A stretch of DNA of 64,000 nt from a virus. Lineage: Duplodnaviria; Heunggongvirae; Uroviricota; Caudoviricetes. Positions 8,931-19,400 of the stretch are shown piece by piece (the first letter of the stretch is position 1; each line of letters opens with the position of its first letter). The notes under the pieces are model-generated. The model ran no database searches, was not told the origin of the DNA, and saw only the letters and a list, made by a program, of their open reading frames with translations. A program made the translations under genes and the position numbers. The DNA is taken from IMG/VR virus record IMGVR_UViG_3300042321_000183; one strand, written 5' to 3'.

Positions 8931-10991
8931 TTAAGGTGCAGTGGTTGTTGTAGTTGTAGTTCCTTCTGAAGGAGGTATAGTGATTGAATCTCCACTTGTA
9001 CCAAGACTTGTTGTTGATGTTCCAGATGTACCTACAGTACCACTAGTTCCTGTTGTTCCTGCTGTACCTGTTGTTCCTGCTGTTCCAGAAGACCCATCAG
9101 TTCCACTAGTTCCACTCGTTCCACTCGTACCAGAACTTCCATCAGTGCCACTAGTGCCAGATGATCCATCACTACCAGAGCTAGCTGAAGTTCCAGATGA
9201 TCCTGACGTACCTGCAGTACCTGATGTACCTGTGCTACCACTAGTACCTGCAGTGCCTGAGCTACCATCTGTACCTGATGTACCTGAGCTAGCACTTGTT
9301 CCAGAAGATCCAGAAGTTCCACTTGATGCAGAAGTACCAGATGTGCCAGTTGTTCCACTTGTACCAGATGTACCTGAAACAGCAACACCCACTTGCTTAG
9401 CAGTTAATATTATTGAAGGAGCAGCTGGAGATGCATAAGGAGAAACTTGTGCAGGTTTAGCAACAAGTTGAACTGTTGAATCAGCAGATGCAAAGACAAA
9501 CTGTACATAATCATTAGCTTGTAGATTAAATATATAAGCAATAGTAGGAATGTATTCCACCTCTGTTTGCTGTATTTCTATAAATGAATTTGAATTAGCT
9601 ACATCAAAGCCATTGATTCTAGGCCATATCTGTACCTCAGCAATTGGAGATGTTGTTTTACTAACCTGTGCTGAGAAGATGAATTCATATTGACCAGGAT
9701 GTGAAACTGTTACTCTTGAGCTAGCCACTACAGAAATACCATAAGATAAACTTGTAGTGTCAAACGTCCATATTGTAGGAGTATTCACTCCAAGCAATGG
9801 TTGTGTTTGTGTACTAGAGAACTCTCCATACCAGTTAGCAATAGCTGCACCTGTACTACCATCTTTACCAGACGATCCAGATGTTCCATTAGTTCCACTT
9901 GTACCACTTGTTCCACTCGTTCCACTTGATGCAGACGTTCCACTTGTTCCAGAAGATCCATTAGTACCTGATGAACCATCAGTTCCAGATGAACCATTTG
10001 TTCCAGAGGTACCAGATGTACCATTGCTACCATCAGTACCATTTGTTCCTGATGTTCCATTAGAACCAGCTGTGCCAGAGGTACCAGAAGTACCAGCAGT
10101 TCCAGAACTACCATCAGTACCTGATGAGCCAGAAGTACCTGAAGATGCAGATGTTCCTGAGCTTCCATTAGTTCCACTAGATCCACTAGTAGCACTTGTA
10201 CCTGAACTACCACTTGAGCCAGAAGACCCACTTGTAGCAGAGGTACCAGAAGAGCCTGATGTTCCACTAGAACCATCACCACCTGCTGCACCTACAAGGT
10301 TAACAGACCAGATAGAATATGTTCCAGATCCTACTAATACATCAGGTGCTGCAAATTGTAAAGCTCCTGTTCCAGAAATATATGAAATAACTACGCTATG
10401 TTGATAATTAAATTGATTATTTGCTATGAGCACAGATTGACCCACTGTGTATGCTAAGCCAGTTCCTACTGTTATTGTACCTGCATTACCTAAAGTAAAA
10501 GGTGTAGTTGAGAAGGTAGCATATCTATCACCAGCAAGACCAGAGCTACCTGATGTGCCACTAGATCCACTAGTTCCTCCAGTGCCTGATGAACCAGATG
10601 TAGCTGATGAACCAGATGTTCCAGATGAACCTGATGTACCACTCGATCCAGAAGAACCTGAAGTACCTGATGAGCCTGAACTACCAGAAGTACCTGATGT
10701 TCCAGATTTACCAGACGTACCACTTGATCCAGAGGAACCAGAAGATGCAGACGTACCACTTGTACCAGATTTACCACTGCTACCAGAACTGCCAGATGTG
10801 CCACTAGCTCCAGAAGTACCTGACGTACCATAGCCATTTGTAGCAAATGCAGCATTAATCTTCTGTATTACAGTTTGTAAATTGTCATTAGTATTAATAC
10901 CACTAAATACCAAGTTAGGACCTTCGTAGAAAACGCAGGTGCTATCTAGTATAATTGGGCACTGTTGTGCATTACAAGTAATGTTAGCCAT
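8931..10991 (-). CDS. Collagen-like fiber protein (G-X-Y with Ser/Thr), no S74 domain
   Basis: Three G-X-Y arrays are separated by non-repeat beta-rich modules. The N-terminal Cys-containing module (CNAQQCP...FYEGPNLVFSGINTNDNLQTVIQKINAAF) is shared with ORF 50899..52797. The ~70-aa TVGTGLAYTVGQ...GSGTYSIWSVNL module is shared with the two other fibers. The protein ends in a poly-Thr tail. Confidence 0.8.
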   Translation of the reverse strand: MANITCNAQQCPIILDSTCVFYEGPNLVFSGINTNDNLQTVIQKINAAFATNGYGTSGTSGASGTSGSSGSSGKSGTSGTSASSGSSGSSGTSGKSGTSGTSGSSGSSGTSGSSGSSGTSGSSGTSGSSATSGSSGTGGTSGSSGTSGSSGLAGDRYATFSTTPFTLGNAGTITVGTGLAYTVGQSVLIANNQFNYQHSVVISYISGTGALQFAAPDVLVGSGTYSIWSVNLVGAAGGDGSSGTSGSSGTSATSGSSGSSGSSGTSATSGSSGTNGSSGTSASSGTSGSSGTDGSSGTAGTSGTSGTAGSNGTSGTNGTDGSNGTSGTSGTNGSSGTDGSSGTNGSSGTSGTSASSGTSGTSGTSGTNGTSGSSGKDGSTGAAIANWYGEFSSTQTQPLLGVNTPTIWTFDTTSLSYGISVVASSRVTVSHPGQYEFIFSAQVSKTTSPIAEVQIWPRINGFDVANSNSFIEIQQTEVEYIPTIAYIFNLQANDYVQFVFASADSTVQLVAKPAQVSPYASPAAPSIILTAKQVGVAVSGTSGTSGTTGTSGTSASSGTSGSSGTSASSGTSGTDGSSGTAGTSGSTGTSGTAGTSGSSGTSASSGSDGSSGTSGTDGSSGTSGTSGTSGTDGSSGTAGTTGTAGTTGTSGTVGTSGTSTTSLGTSGDSITIPPSEGTTTTTTTAP

Positions 10992-11055
10992 GTGTGTCTT
11001 AGATTAAAAAGATGACATTATAAATATATTTTATATGTACATCAATGATATGCAA

Positions 11056-11088
11056 ATAGGTGCACTTTTGTAGAAAGAATGCACCTAT
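11056..11088 (-). terminator. Possible intrinsic terminator / hairpin between the 1744-aa gene and the fiber gene
   Basis: A 9-bp inverted repeat ataggtgca ... tgcacctat flanks a 15-nt loop. On the - strand it is followed by UUUGCAUAU, which is only a weak U-tract. Confidence 0.3.
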
Positions 11089-11160
11089 ATTAGCAAAAGT
11101 AGTGAATTTAATTTATTTTCAATGAGTTAGGAAAATTATTCCTACATAATATAGCAATAA

Positions 11161-14100
11161 CTATCTATTTTGTTTCTGTATGGTTATGTCAAACTCTGTA
11201 GCAAACTCAGGGCTAAATATAGCTCCATAAGTTAAGAAAGATTTAGTTACAGGAGCTGCTTTCATTAAGTACTTGATAGGTCTTGCTTTCTTTCTAGCTT
11301 CTTCATCTGTTGTGCTTGGATCAAAGTCCATGCCTGTTGTTTCTATAAAGAAGTGTCTTGTAAACTTAGTTACATCATCTAATAGACCAATTGCTGGGAA
11401 GATGCTACCACTAGCTAGCTTTTGTACCTCAGCAGGATTGTAGAAGAATGAAAGCTCACCTACAAATCTATCAACTACCTTTTGACTATATCTATGGAAG
11501 TTTCTAGAAGCTCTATCTCCTTCATCATCATCTGGGGCCATTACACCAAGAGCAAGCATTGCTCCAAACAAAGATAACAAGATAGTTAATTCCTTAAGCT
11601 GGTTACGTAAGTTGTTTCTAACCATATCTATAAAGTCATCCTTAGACATAGTCATTTCTTCACCAGTTCTTTTTTTGAACTCCTGAGCGTATTCAAAGAA
11701 CATTCTATCAAGCTCTGCAATACCAGCATCATTCATAGCAAGAATGTCCTTAATATAATTACTACGTTCCATTATAGATCTTCCTAATACAGAACCTAGC
11801 AGACGAAGCCTACCAATATCATAACTTTCTCCTTCTATACCTTCTTCTCCAAACTCTACAGAGAAGTCATTTGATACCTTTCTAAATTCAGAGAAACGTG
11901 TATCAGCAAGTTTAGGAATCCATCTTTTAAATACCATCATACTAGCTGTCCAAATAGACATACCCATTCTGTTCATGTTTTCCTTGCTAGTATTACCAGT
12001 TGCTGCTTCAGATAGACGTCTACTTAATAACCCCAGTCTTTGTAACTCTTTCTTGTTGCTTAGATCCAAACCAGGGATGACTAACTTGCCATCTTCCATC
12101 TTTGATGTAACAGCAATAGATTTGTCTTTCTTTAACTCCTCTATCTCCTTCTCTATCAAAGGTTTAGTTTCTCTATATCTAGCTTGACTAGAGTTACGAT
12201 CTTTATATTTGTTTTTTACATATTTAGGAATACTCACAATCTTACCATCTACCACCATTGTGTTTTCTAATAATGTAAAGAAGGTTGCCTTTTCTGCATG
12301 TTGTTCAGGATACTTCATAAAGATCATTAACATGTCTCCTAGATTGTTCTGAGTTAATGTAGTTAAACCTGCTTTCTTAAATAGCTCATAAGAAGGGTCT
12401 TCTGAAAGAGGTAAGAATGTATTAAGTAGTTGAACAAACTTTTCTTTATCACCTACATTTTGTAATAAAAGCTTTGCTTCATTCTTAGCAAACTCTCTAG
12501 CTTTGAAGTATTCTCCTGCTTGTGCAGCCATCTGAATGTTTGTACCAAATGCATTGACAGCACCTGATAAAAACTCAAGACCAAGAGTCTTTATTTGGAA
12601 TCCTCTATTCATAGCATCCATGGTTTTAATCATAGATGTTGCTGACACTTCTTCATTTGGTTTAAACACTTCTCTTCCAGCTATAGAGTTAACTACACCT
12701 TTCATACCATTTACCACCTTGCCAAAGTACAAAGGAGTGTCAGTATCAGATAGTACATACTTTTGTTCATAGAAGACAGCTCTTGTAAACTCATCTAAGG
12801 TCTTCATGTTTTCAGCGTTACCTGTCATCACCTTAGGTTCACCATCATCATCCAATACAATATTACTCACTCTATCCACAGCAAGGTGAGCGTTCTTAAA
12901 TTCTTCAATTGTACTTAAGAACTTAACTTGTTCTTCTACCTCTGTTAGATATTTGTATTTATTAATCTGTTGGATGTACAAAATCATGTTCTTAAATAAG
13001 TCTTCACTCACCTCAGAATAATCATTTACACCATCTGTATTTGTAAAGTCATATGTATAATACTTAGGTATAGAGTTTTCCATCTTACCTGTAATCTCAT
13101 CAAACTTACCATATCCTACATCATCAGGATTAATCTTTAAGCTTTGATAGAAGTTTTCCATTACAGATAACTTACCATCCCAAACAAGACTCTCTGCCAT
13201 TGTTTTTCTAACAAATGGTAAGAAGAAAGAAGATATAGAGTTTTGAATAAACCCTTCATCTTTAGCTTTTTTATTAGTCTTACTAATGAAGTTATACAAT
13301 GCAAATAGATCTGGATCATTCTTAATGTCCTTATACTCAGCTGATTCCCACTTACTTAAAGGATGGTTTTTAATGATGTAGTTGTTCCAACCATTAAAGT
13401 CCTTTCTAGTTATGTCATACTTACGACTCTCTTGAATAATTGCTTTCTCTCTTTTCTCTACAATCTCTGGACTGTTACCAGGGAAGTCATCATTGATACG
13501 CTTAAGATTCTTTTCTAACACAGCATCAGCTTCTTTCTTATATGCTTCTATATCAATGTTATTTTTAAGCCAAGTTATATCTCCTCCTGCTGCAGCTCTG
13601 GCATCAACCTCACTACGAAACTTTTCATCATATTTGTAGATCAGTCTGTTTATCCATTGTCCCTTCTCATCCTTTTGATATACCTTTTTGATAGTTTGTC
13701 TGATATCACCACCTCTTTTAACAAACCTCTCTCTGATCTCCATTAGCTCTTTAATCTCTTCTAAGGAATCAGCATTAGCATTGCTTCTAGCTTGTCTATT
13801 TAATTTAGCAAGTACGTTCAAAGATCTTTGTCCAAGGTCTTCTACACCTCTAAAGTTAGCAGCCAATCCTTTTGTAACAACCTCAGGTTTGGTTAATCCT
13901 GTTGTTAAGTTTCTTTGACCTATATGTTTATCTGCAAACTTAAAAGCAATGTCAATAAGCTCTTGCTTAGACTTGTAGATGTTCTTAGCTTCCTTTTCAA
14001 GGTTAGCTCTTAATTCTCTTAACTCAGTAAGTAACTTTTTATCTTCATCAGTCTTAGCGTCTATTTCCATCTCAGGACTATATATAAGATCACCAATCTC

Positions 14101-16395
14101 AGCATCAACTCTATCAAAGATTTCAGCAGTCTCTATATAATTTCTTAACTCTCCTGCAAACTCAGACAGTTCTTTATTAGTAGAGTCTTCAGAAGAAGCA
14201 TCTCTATCTTTGAATATAGTGTCATATGTATTGATGATTTGCTCTCCCTTAGCTCTAGTTGTTAGAATTACATTGATTAATTCAGCAATGTTTCCTGTTC
14301 CTTGTGCAAGACGAATGGCTCTCTTAAGTTCTCTCATACGAGCATACTTAAATTGACGCTCTTCCTCTTCAGCTTTCTGACCAGAAATACGCTCGTATAG
14401 AGTATTTAACTTTGCCAAATACTTATCAAGTTTTTCATAACCAGTAGACTCTGTCTTTTCAGATACAGGAAGTAATCTTAAGTCTGTAATCTCTTTTGCA
14501 TTTACAGAACCCACTGCTATACCTTTTATAACATTCTCAGATGTACCATCTGGTTTGTTCTGTGTTTCCATCTTCATCATTATAGGAATAGCTCTAGTCA
14601 TACCAAAGCTCTTAACTCCATAATAGTTACGTAAGATGTCTTTGTAAGTTCCTAACTGTATATCATATGCCCCTTGTTTAAAGAACGCTACATCTTCTGA
14701 ACCTTCTGCAAACTGCAAGAACTTCCAGTCTAGTATATGCGTTTTACCATCTGGCTCAATTGCTAAGAAGTCAATTGTACCAGCTTCTTTATCTTTAGGA
14801 TTGTATATAATAACCTCAGCTCTAATGATTGTACCCTCTGGGAAACTATCAATTAATTTTACATAATAGTTTTCAAGAAGTTGATACATCTGTTTAGTCT
14901 CTAAGTTAAATGTGCTTGGAGCATCTACAGGTTTTACTCTTCTTGTACCATCTTCATTATAGTATCTATGATGGATATCCTCAAGATCTTGGTGTCCTTT
15001 AACACCAAACTTTCTTTTTAGTTCATTGAACTCTTTCTCTTGTTTAGTAAACACCTTACCAGGAAACTTCTTTTTATACCAAGCCTTTACTCTGTCAGTA
15101 ACTCTCTTGAGTACTCTTTCAGTTGTACCATCAGGTTTCTGAGCTTGATAAAAGTTACTTGCTTCTTCTGAATCTAATAGAATAGGATCTACCTTTTCTT
15201 GATCTTCATAAACCTTAGTTATAGTATTCTTAGTTTGATCTAAGCTATCTGTAATTTTTTTCTGAGCATCAGACAATTGGAAGAATATACCTCCTTGTTT
15301 GATGTCAGCTATATCACCACTGATATCTCCTGATCCTATCTGAGAAGCTACCTCTGTAAATATATCAATGTTTGCTTTTCTATACATTCCATTAATGAAA
15401 TCAAGAATAGCATTCCATAGGTTTCTTACAAAAGATTGATTAATTTCTTCTCTTAACTCAGGGAACTGATCTGTGTTCTCCATTTGGTTAACAATCAGTT
15501 CAGTTATTAACTTATCTACAGCCTCCTTCTTTATCTTACGAATGTCAGGTTTGCTATTAGGAAGTGTATAAGTGTCTTTGTATGCATCATATGTTTCCTT
15601 GTAGATTTTAAATCTATCTATCTTAGAAATCATTTGAGTAATTAATCCAGGGTTGGTTTGTTCTATCATAGCTGTAGCTATGTGTACCATCTCCTCTGTT
15701 AATGCTTGTCCTTCTTGTTGATTAGCTATGGCTATGACACCTCTAGTAAGGTCAGCTAATGCTGTCTTACCTTTTACATCAATGTCTGTGTTTTTTGCAT
15801 ATTCATATAAGTCTTCTATGCTAACACCCATTTTAGCAAGCACTTCTTTTATCTTAGCCACAGTCTGTGGAGAAGCAATAGAACTTGCCATGTTCTTATC
15901 TTGGAAATAAACATTAGTAGGATCAAAGCTATACTTAATCCCTCCTTCAACAAACTGTACATTAAATGCACCAAGTGATTCAAGTTCTTGTCTTCTTGCT
16001 GTCTTACGTGCTACCACTCCCTCTCCACTAGGAATAGCTTCTGTTCTTACCTGTGTATTATCATATCCACCCTTGTCAATGGCAAATGATCCTTCATTAA
16101 GTACAGACTTAAATTGATTAGGTCCAGGTGTTACTATATCTGATTGAAATTTATCACCATTTACTATTAATGGTTCACCATTTTCATCAACTACTTTAGA
16201 ACCTTGCTTTCTTTCCCAATCACCAAACCAGTTCTTAAATGAACCAGTGTACACCTGTGCCCATAGACGTAAGGCTTGCTCCTTGTCTTTTACAAGATCT
16301 TGCAGAGTTTTATATAGAGTAGAAGGCTGCCCATTAGGAGCTTCTACTCTTTCAATTACACCATCATCATTTCTAAATACTTGACATTCAGCCAT
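11161..16395 (-). CDS. Large virion/ejected (cargo-type) protein, 1744 aa
   Basis: One uninterrupted ORF sits 12 nt downstream of the giant gene. It is coiled-coil rich. A hydrophobic segment LTILLSLFGAMLALGVMAPDDDEG near the C-terminus suggests one TM helix. No catalytic motif was recognised. Confidence 0.6.
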   Translation of the reverse strand: MAECQVFRNDDGVIERVEAPNGQPSTLYKTLQDLVKDKEQALRLWAQVYTGSFKNWFGDWERKQGSKVVDENGEPLIVNGDKFQSDIVTPGPNQFKSVLNEGSFAIDKGGYDNTQVRTEAIPSGEGVVARKTARRQELESLGAFNVQFVEGGIKYSFDPTNVYFQDKNMASSIASPQTVAKIKEVLAKMGVSIEDLYEYAKNTDIDVKGKTALADLTRGVIAIANQQEGQALTEEMVHIATAMIEQTNPGLITQMISKIDRFKIYKETYDAYKDTYTLPNSKPDIRKIKKEAVDKLITELIVNQMENTDQFPELREEINQSFVRNLWNAILDFINGMYRKANIDIFTEVASQIGSGDISGDIADIKQGGIFFQLSDAQKKITDSLDQTKNTITKVYEDQEKVDPILLDSEEASNFYQAQKPDGTTERVLKRVTDRVKAWYKKKFPGKVFTKQEKEFNELKRKFGVKGHQDLEDIHHRYYNEDGTRRVKPVDAPSTFNLETKQMYQLLENYYVKLIDSFPEGTIIRAEVIIYNPKDKEAGTIDFLAIEPDGKTHILDWKFLQFAEGSEDVAFFKQGAYDIQLGTYKDILRNYYGVKSFGMTRAIPIMMKMETQNKPDGTSENVIKGIAVGSVNAKEITDLRLLPVSEKTESTGYEKLDKYLAKLNTLYERISGQKAEEEERQFKYARMRELKRAIRLAQGTGNIAELINVILTTRAKGEQIINTYDTIFKDRDASSEDSTNKELSEFAGELRNYIETAEIFDRVDAEIGDLIYSPEMEIDAKTDEDKKLLTELRELRANLEKEAKNIYKSKQELIDIAFKFADKHIGQRNLTTGLTKPEVVTKGLAANFRGVEDLGQRSLNVLAKLNRQARSNANADSLEEIKELMEIRERFVKRGGDIRQTIKKVYQKDEKGQWINRLIYKYDEKFRSEVDARAAAGGDITWLKNNIDIEAYKKEADAVLEKNLKRINDDFPGNSPEIVEKREKAIIQESRKYDITRKDFNGWNNYIIKNHPLSKWESAEYKDIKNDPDLFALYNFISKTNKKAKDEGFIQNSISSFFLPFVRKTMAESLVWDGKLSVMENFYQSLKINPDDVGYGKFDEITGKMENSIPKYYTYDFTNTDGVNDYSEVSEDLFKNMILYIQQINKYKYLTEVEEQVKFLSTIEEFKNAHLAVDRVSNIVLDDDGEPKVMTGNAENMKTLDEFTRAVFYEQKYVLSDTDTPLYFGKVVNGMKGVVNSIAGREVFKPNEEVSATSMIKTMDAMNRGFQIKTLGLEFLSGAVNAFGTNIQMAAQAGEYFKAREFAKNEAKLLLQNVGDKEKFVQLLNTFLPLSEDPSYELFKKAGLTTLTQNNLGDMLMIFMKYPEQHAEKATFFTLLENTMVVDGKIVSIPKYVKNKYKDRNSSQARYRETKPLIEKEIEELKKDKSIAVTSKMEDGKLVIPGLDLSNKKELQRLGLLSRRLSEAATGNTSKENMNRMGMSIWTASMMVFKRWIPKLADTRFSEFRKVSNDFSVEFGEEGIEGESYDIGRLRLLGSVLGRSIMERSNYIKDILAMNDAGIAELDRMFFEYAQEFKKRTGEEMTMSKDDFIDMVRNNLRNQLKELTILLSLFGAMLALGVMAPDDDEGDRASRNFHRYSQKVVDRFVGELSFFYNPAEVQKLASGSIFPAIGLLDDVTKFTRHFFIETTGMDFDPSTTDEEARKKARPIKYLMKAAPVTKSFLTYGAIFSPEFATEFDITIQKQNR

Positions 16396-16406
16396 TTGGA
16401 TTGATT

Positions 16407-19400
16407 TTATTGTTTTTTACAGCCTTTATCTTTCTTATTTAATACGTCATCTATTTCTGAAGCTTCAACAGGAGGAGTCTTTTGACCACCTATGAATACT
16501 GATTTAATAGTATCATCACTAACCTCATCTACCTCTATGAACCCATTATCAATCTTAGACTTGTTAGCAAAGTCATAGAACTCATTAGCTCTAAAACTAT
16601 CACCCCAAGCATTGATGGCTTTGTAGACAATGAATGTATATCCTGATCTGTTATATGTAATTAAAGGATCAATACCATCATCTATCACTTTCTTAAATAA
16701 CCCTTTCTTAATAAAAGAGAAATCTGATGCTTTGACCATCTCTGCTCTTGTCTTTCCTGCAGGTATTTCTTCCCAACTATATACAATGATATCCTTAGTG
16801 CTCTCTCTAGACAATGTTGATATCTTAATAACTTGAGGTATCTTCTTATCTCTCATTGCAATATTTGCACCAGTGTTTAAGATAGTTAATGCATTATTAT
16901 CATATCTAGTCTTTAACTTACCATCTTTTTGCTTCTCTGTTTTCCATTGTGCTTTCTTGTGAGGAACAATTTCATCATCATTCCAGTTGTTTCTTTCAAA
17001 AACATTCAATGTAGCAAAGTCAGCTAAGTTAGGTAAAGTTTCTAACTTGGACAAAATATCATTGTATTCTTCTACAAAGTCATCATAAGGAATAAGAGAA
17101 GTGAAAGATATAGCAGATGTAGATAAACCAGATTGTAATATAGAAAGCTTTACCAACTTCTTATACAAAGGAAGATCACCTGTAGACTCCATATAGTTTC
17201 TCAACTCTTCAAAGCCATATATAACTTTGTTTTGATCATATACTTTGTTATCCTTACCTGGCATGTAAAGATTATTAGGACGCTCTTCTTCTGTTCCTGC
17301 AAACTTAGGAGCCAAAGAGTTTACAATAACATTGTTATGTAAAACGTGCTCAGGATCATTTTTAATATCATTAAAATAATCTGTAATCTGTTTTGCTGTA
17401 CCATCTTTAGATAATAGGTCTCTCTCCATATTGATCTTAAATGTAGGATTGATTTGCACAGCCCAGTCAAAAAGATCATTAACAGCTTTTCTAGCCACCT
17501 TAACAAACTGTCTATCGTTCAAGTTAACGTAAGGTCTTAGTACGCTTTGAAGCACACCTCTTACCCTTCTTGTATCAGAAGTCAAAGCTGTCTGACCAAT
17601 AGCATTTCTACTATCACGTAATCCTATTCTAACTCTACCTATGAAAGATTTATTTAATAAGTTATCTACAGAAGATATAATAGTTTCTCTAGCTTGAGAT
17701 AACTGCTCTTCTTTCTTAAAGATTAACATTGGGTCATTGAACGCTGTTGTATCAAAGTTAGATCCTTGTACCACTTTAAACAATTGATTAGCCATCATGC
17801 CATACTTCAAGAACTCATTTAATATGAATTGTTGTTCAGCTTTTCCAGCAACATCAAAAGACTTCTTACCTATGTTCTTCTCAAGAGCAGCAACGTTAGG
17901 AATACTATTCAATCCTTGTACCTTACTTGGGTCCACCTTATATTTCTCAGAGTCTTTAATAGCAGCTACAGTTGAGTCATTAAATAACCAAGTGTATCCA
18001 CTGTTTTCTAACTCACGTACATAATCACGAATGATTGGTTGGTTCATAAAGTAGGCAACTTCTTTAATTGGAACTCCAATCTTAACTAAGAACAACCATG
18101 TAGGAGCTACATTAGGACTTGCACCTAATTCCATAATCCAAGGACCCTTAGCAATATCCACATATCCATCAATAAACTGACCAATGATATCAGATATGTC
18201 ATATTTATTGTTAGCATCTTTAATACCAGAAAGACTAGGCACTGTTCTACCACCAACCCTCACTGTATTATATTTGCTAAAGTTAACATTAGCATCTCCT
18301 AACCACTTCTGATCAGACTTGCTTAATTTATACATCATTGATTTATCAACATACATATTAGAACGTTGGTTCTGAGCATGATTAGTTTGAGCTACAGCAG
18401 CAAGACCAATTGCATATTTACCACGTACAAATGCCTGTCTAAGTCTAGACATGAATATTTGATTCAACATATTGTCAGTGGAAGAATAATCAAATGAACC
18501 AAGACCTAACTTGTCTGTAATATCAATTGACATATCTTTTAACACTTTAGCATTGTTTGGTGTAACTAATCTAGTGTAGTTAGCCTCACTTCCAATAATG
18601 TTTTCTAAAGACTGAATGTATTGGTTCTCAATAGACTTCTTGTATAATAGATTGATTATTTGATCTTTAGCTTTGATACCTCTAGTAAATTCCTGTGTTA
18701 ATTCCTCTTCATTAATAAGACCATTTAAGTTTCCAACTATTGCTGTAATTAACTTACTTGCATTAGACTTCTCTTCAATCAAGTCTTCCAACATGATTTG
18801 TTCTTCTGCTATGTATCTGTCAAGCTCTTGTAATTGTTCTTTAGTTAAGAACTCTCCTTTGTCAAACATTTCTTCAAACTTCTTGATAGCATCCTTGCCC
18901 ATTCCAAAGTATGGAATCAACTTAGGCTTACCATCTTTTCCTTTGTAGATGTTCTTGAAATACATAGATAACTTATCTATATCAAAGTCAGATCCAACCT
19001 TCTGAACTAACGCAGCTGGTACAACAACAGAGTCACCAAACTCCTTAGGAAGAAACTTAGCTATCTTAATTACATCCACAGAGTTTTGCTTCTGTGTAGG
19101 TATACGAAACGCTACACCCTTTAATAAAGCTTGACCTTCATCTGTAGTGTTTAAATATTTTAATAAGTCCTCATCAGACATATCACTATCAAACCATCTT
19201 CCTACCATCACCTCAGCTACACGCTCTCCACCTTTCTCATAAAACTTTAATACATCTGACTCAAACAATCCATTCTTTCCTACAGGTCTTACTGATTCAA
19301 ATCCTGTAGAAGGAATCTGTACTTTTAATCCACCATTAATCTTTGGACGTACAATGTTCTTATCCACTATAGAATAAAGAATGTTTCTCACTTGACTGTA

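Noticed and set aside
6950-10840. Possibility that the short-period tandem repeats are CRISPR arrays or VNTR satellites
   Set aside because: The repeats have a 9/18-nt period, are in frame and encode Gly-X-Y triplets within long ORFs. There are no unique spacers of CRISPR size and no cas genes.
5014-10991. Diversity-generating retroelement targeting the fibers
   Set aside because: No reverse transcriptase ORF and no template/variable repeat pair with adenine-specific differences was seen anywhere in the window.
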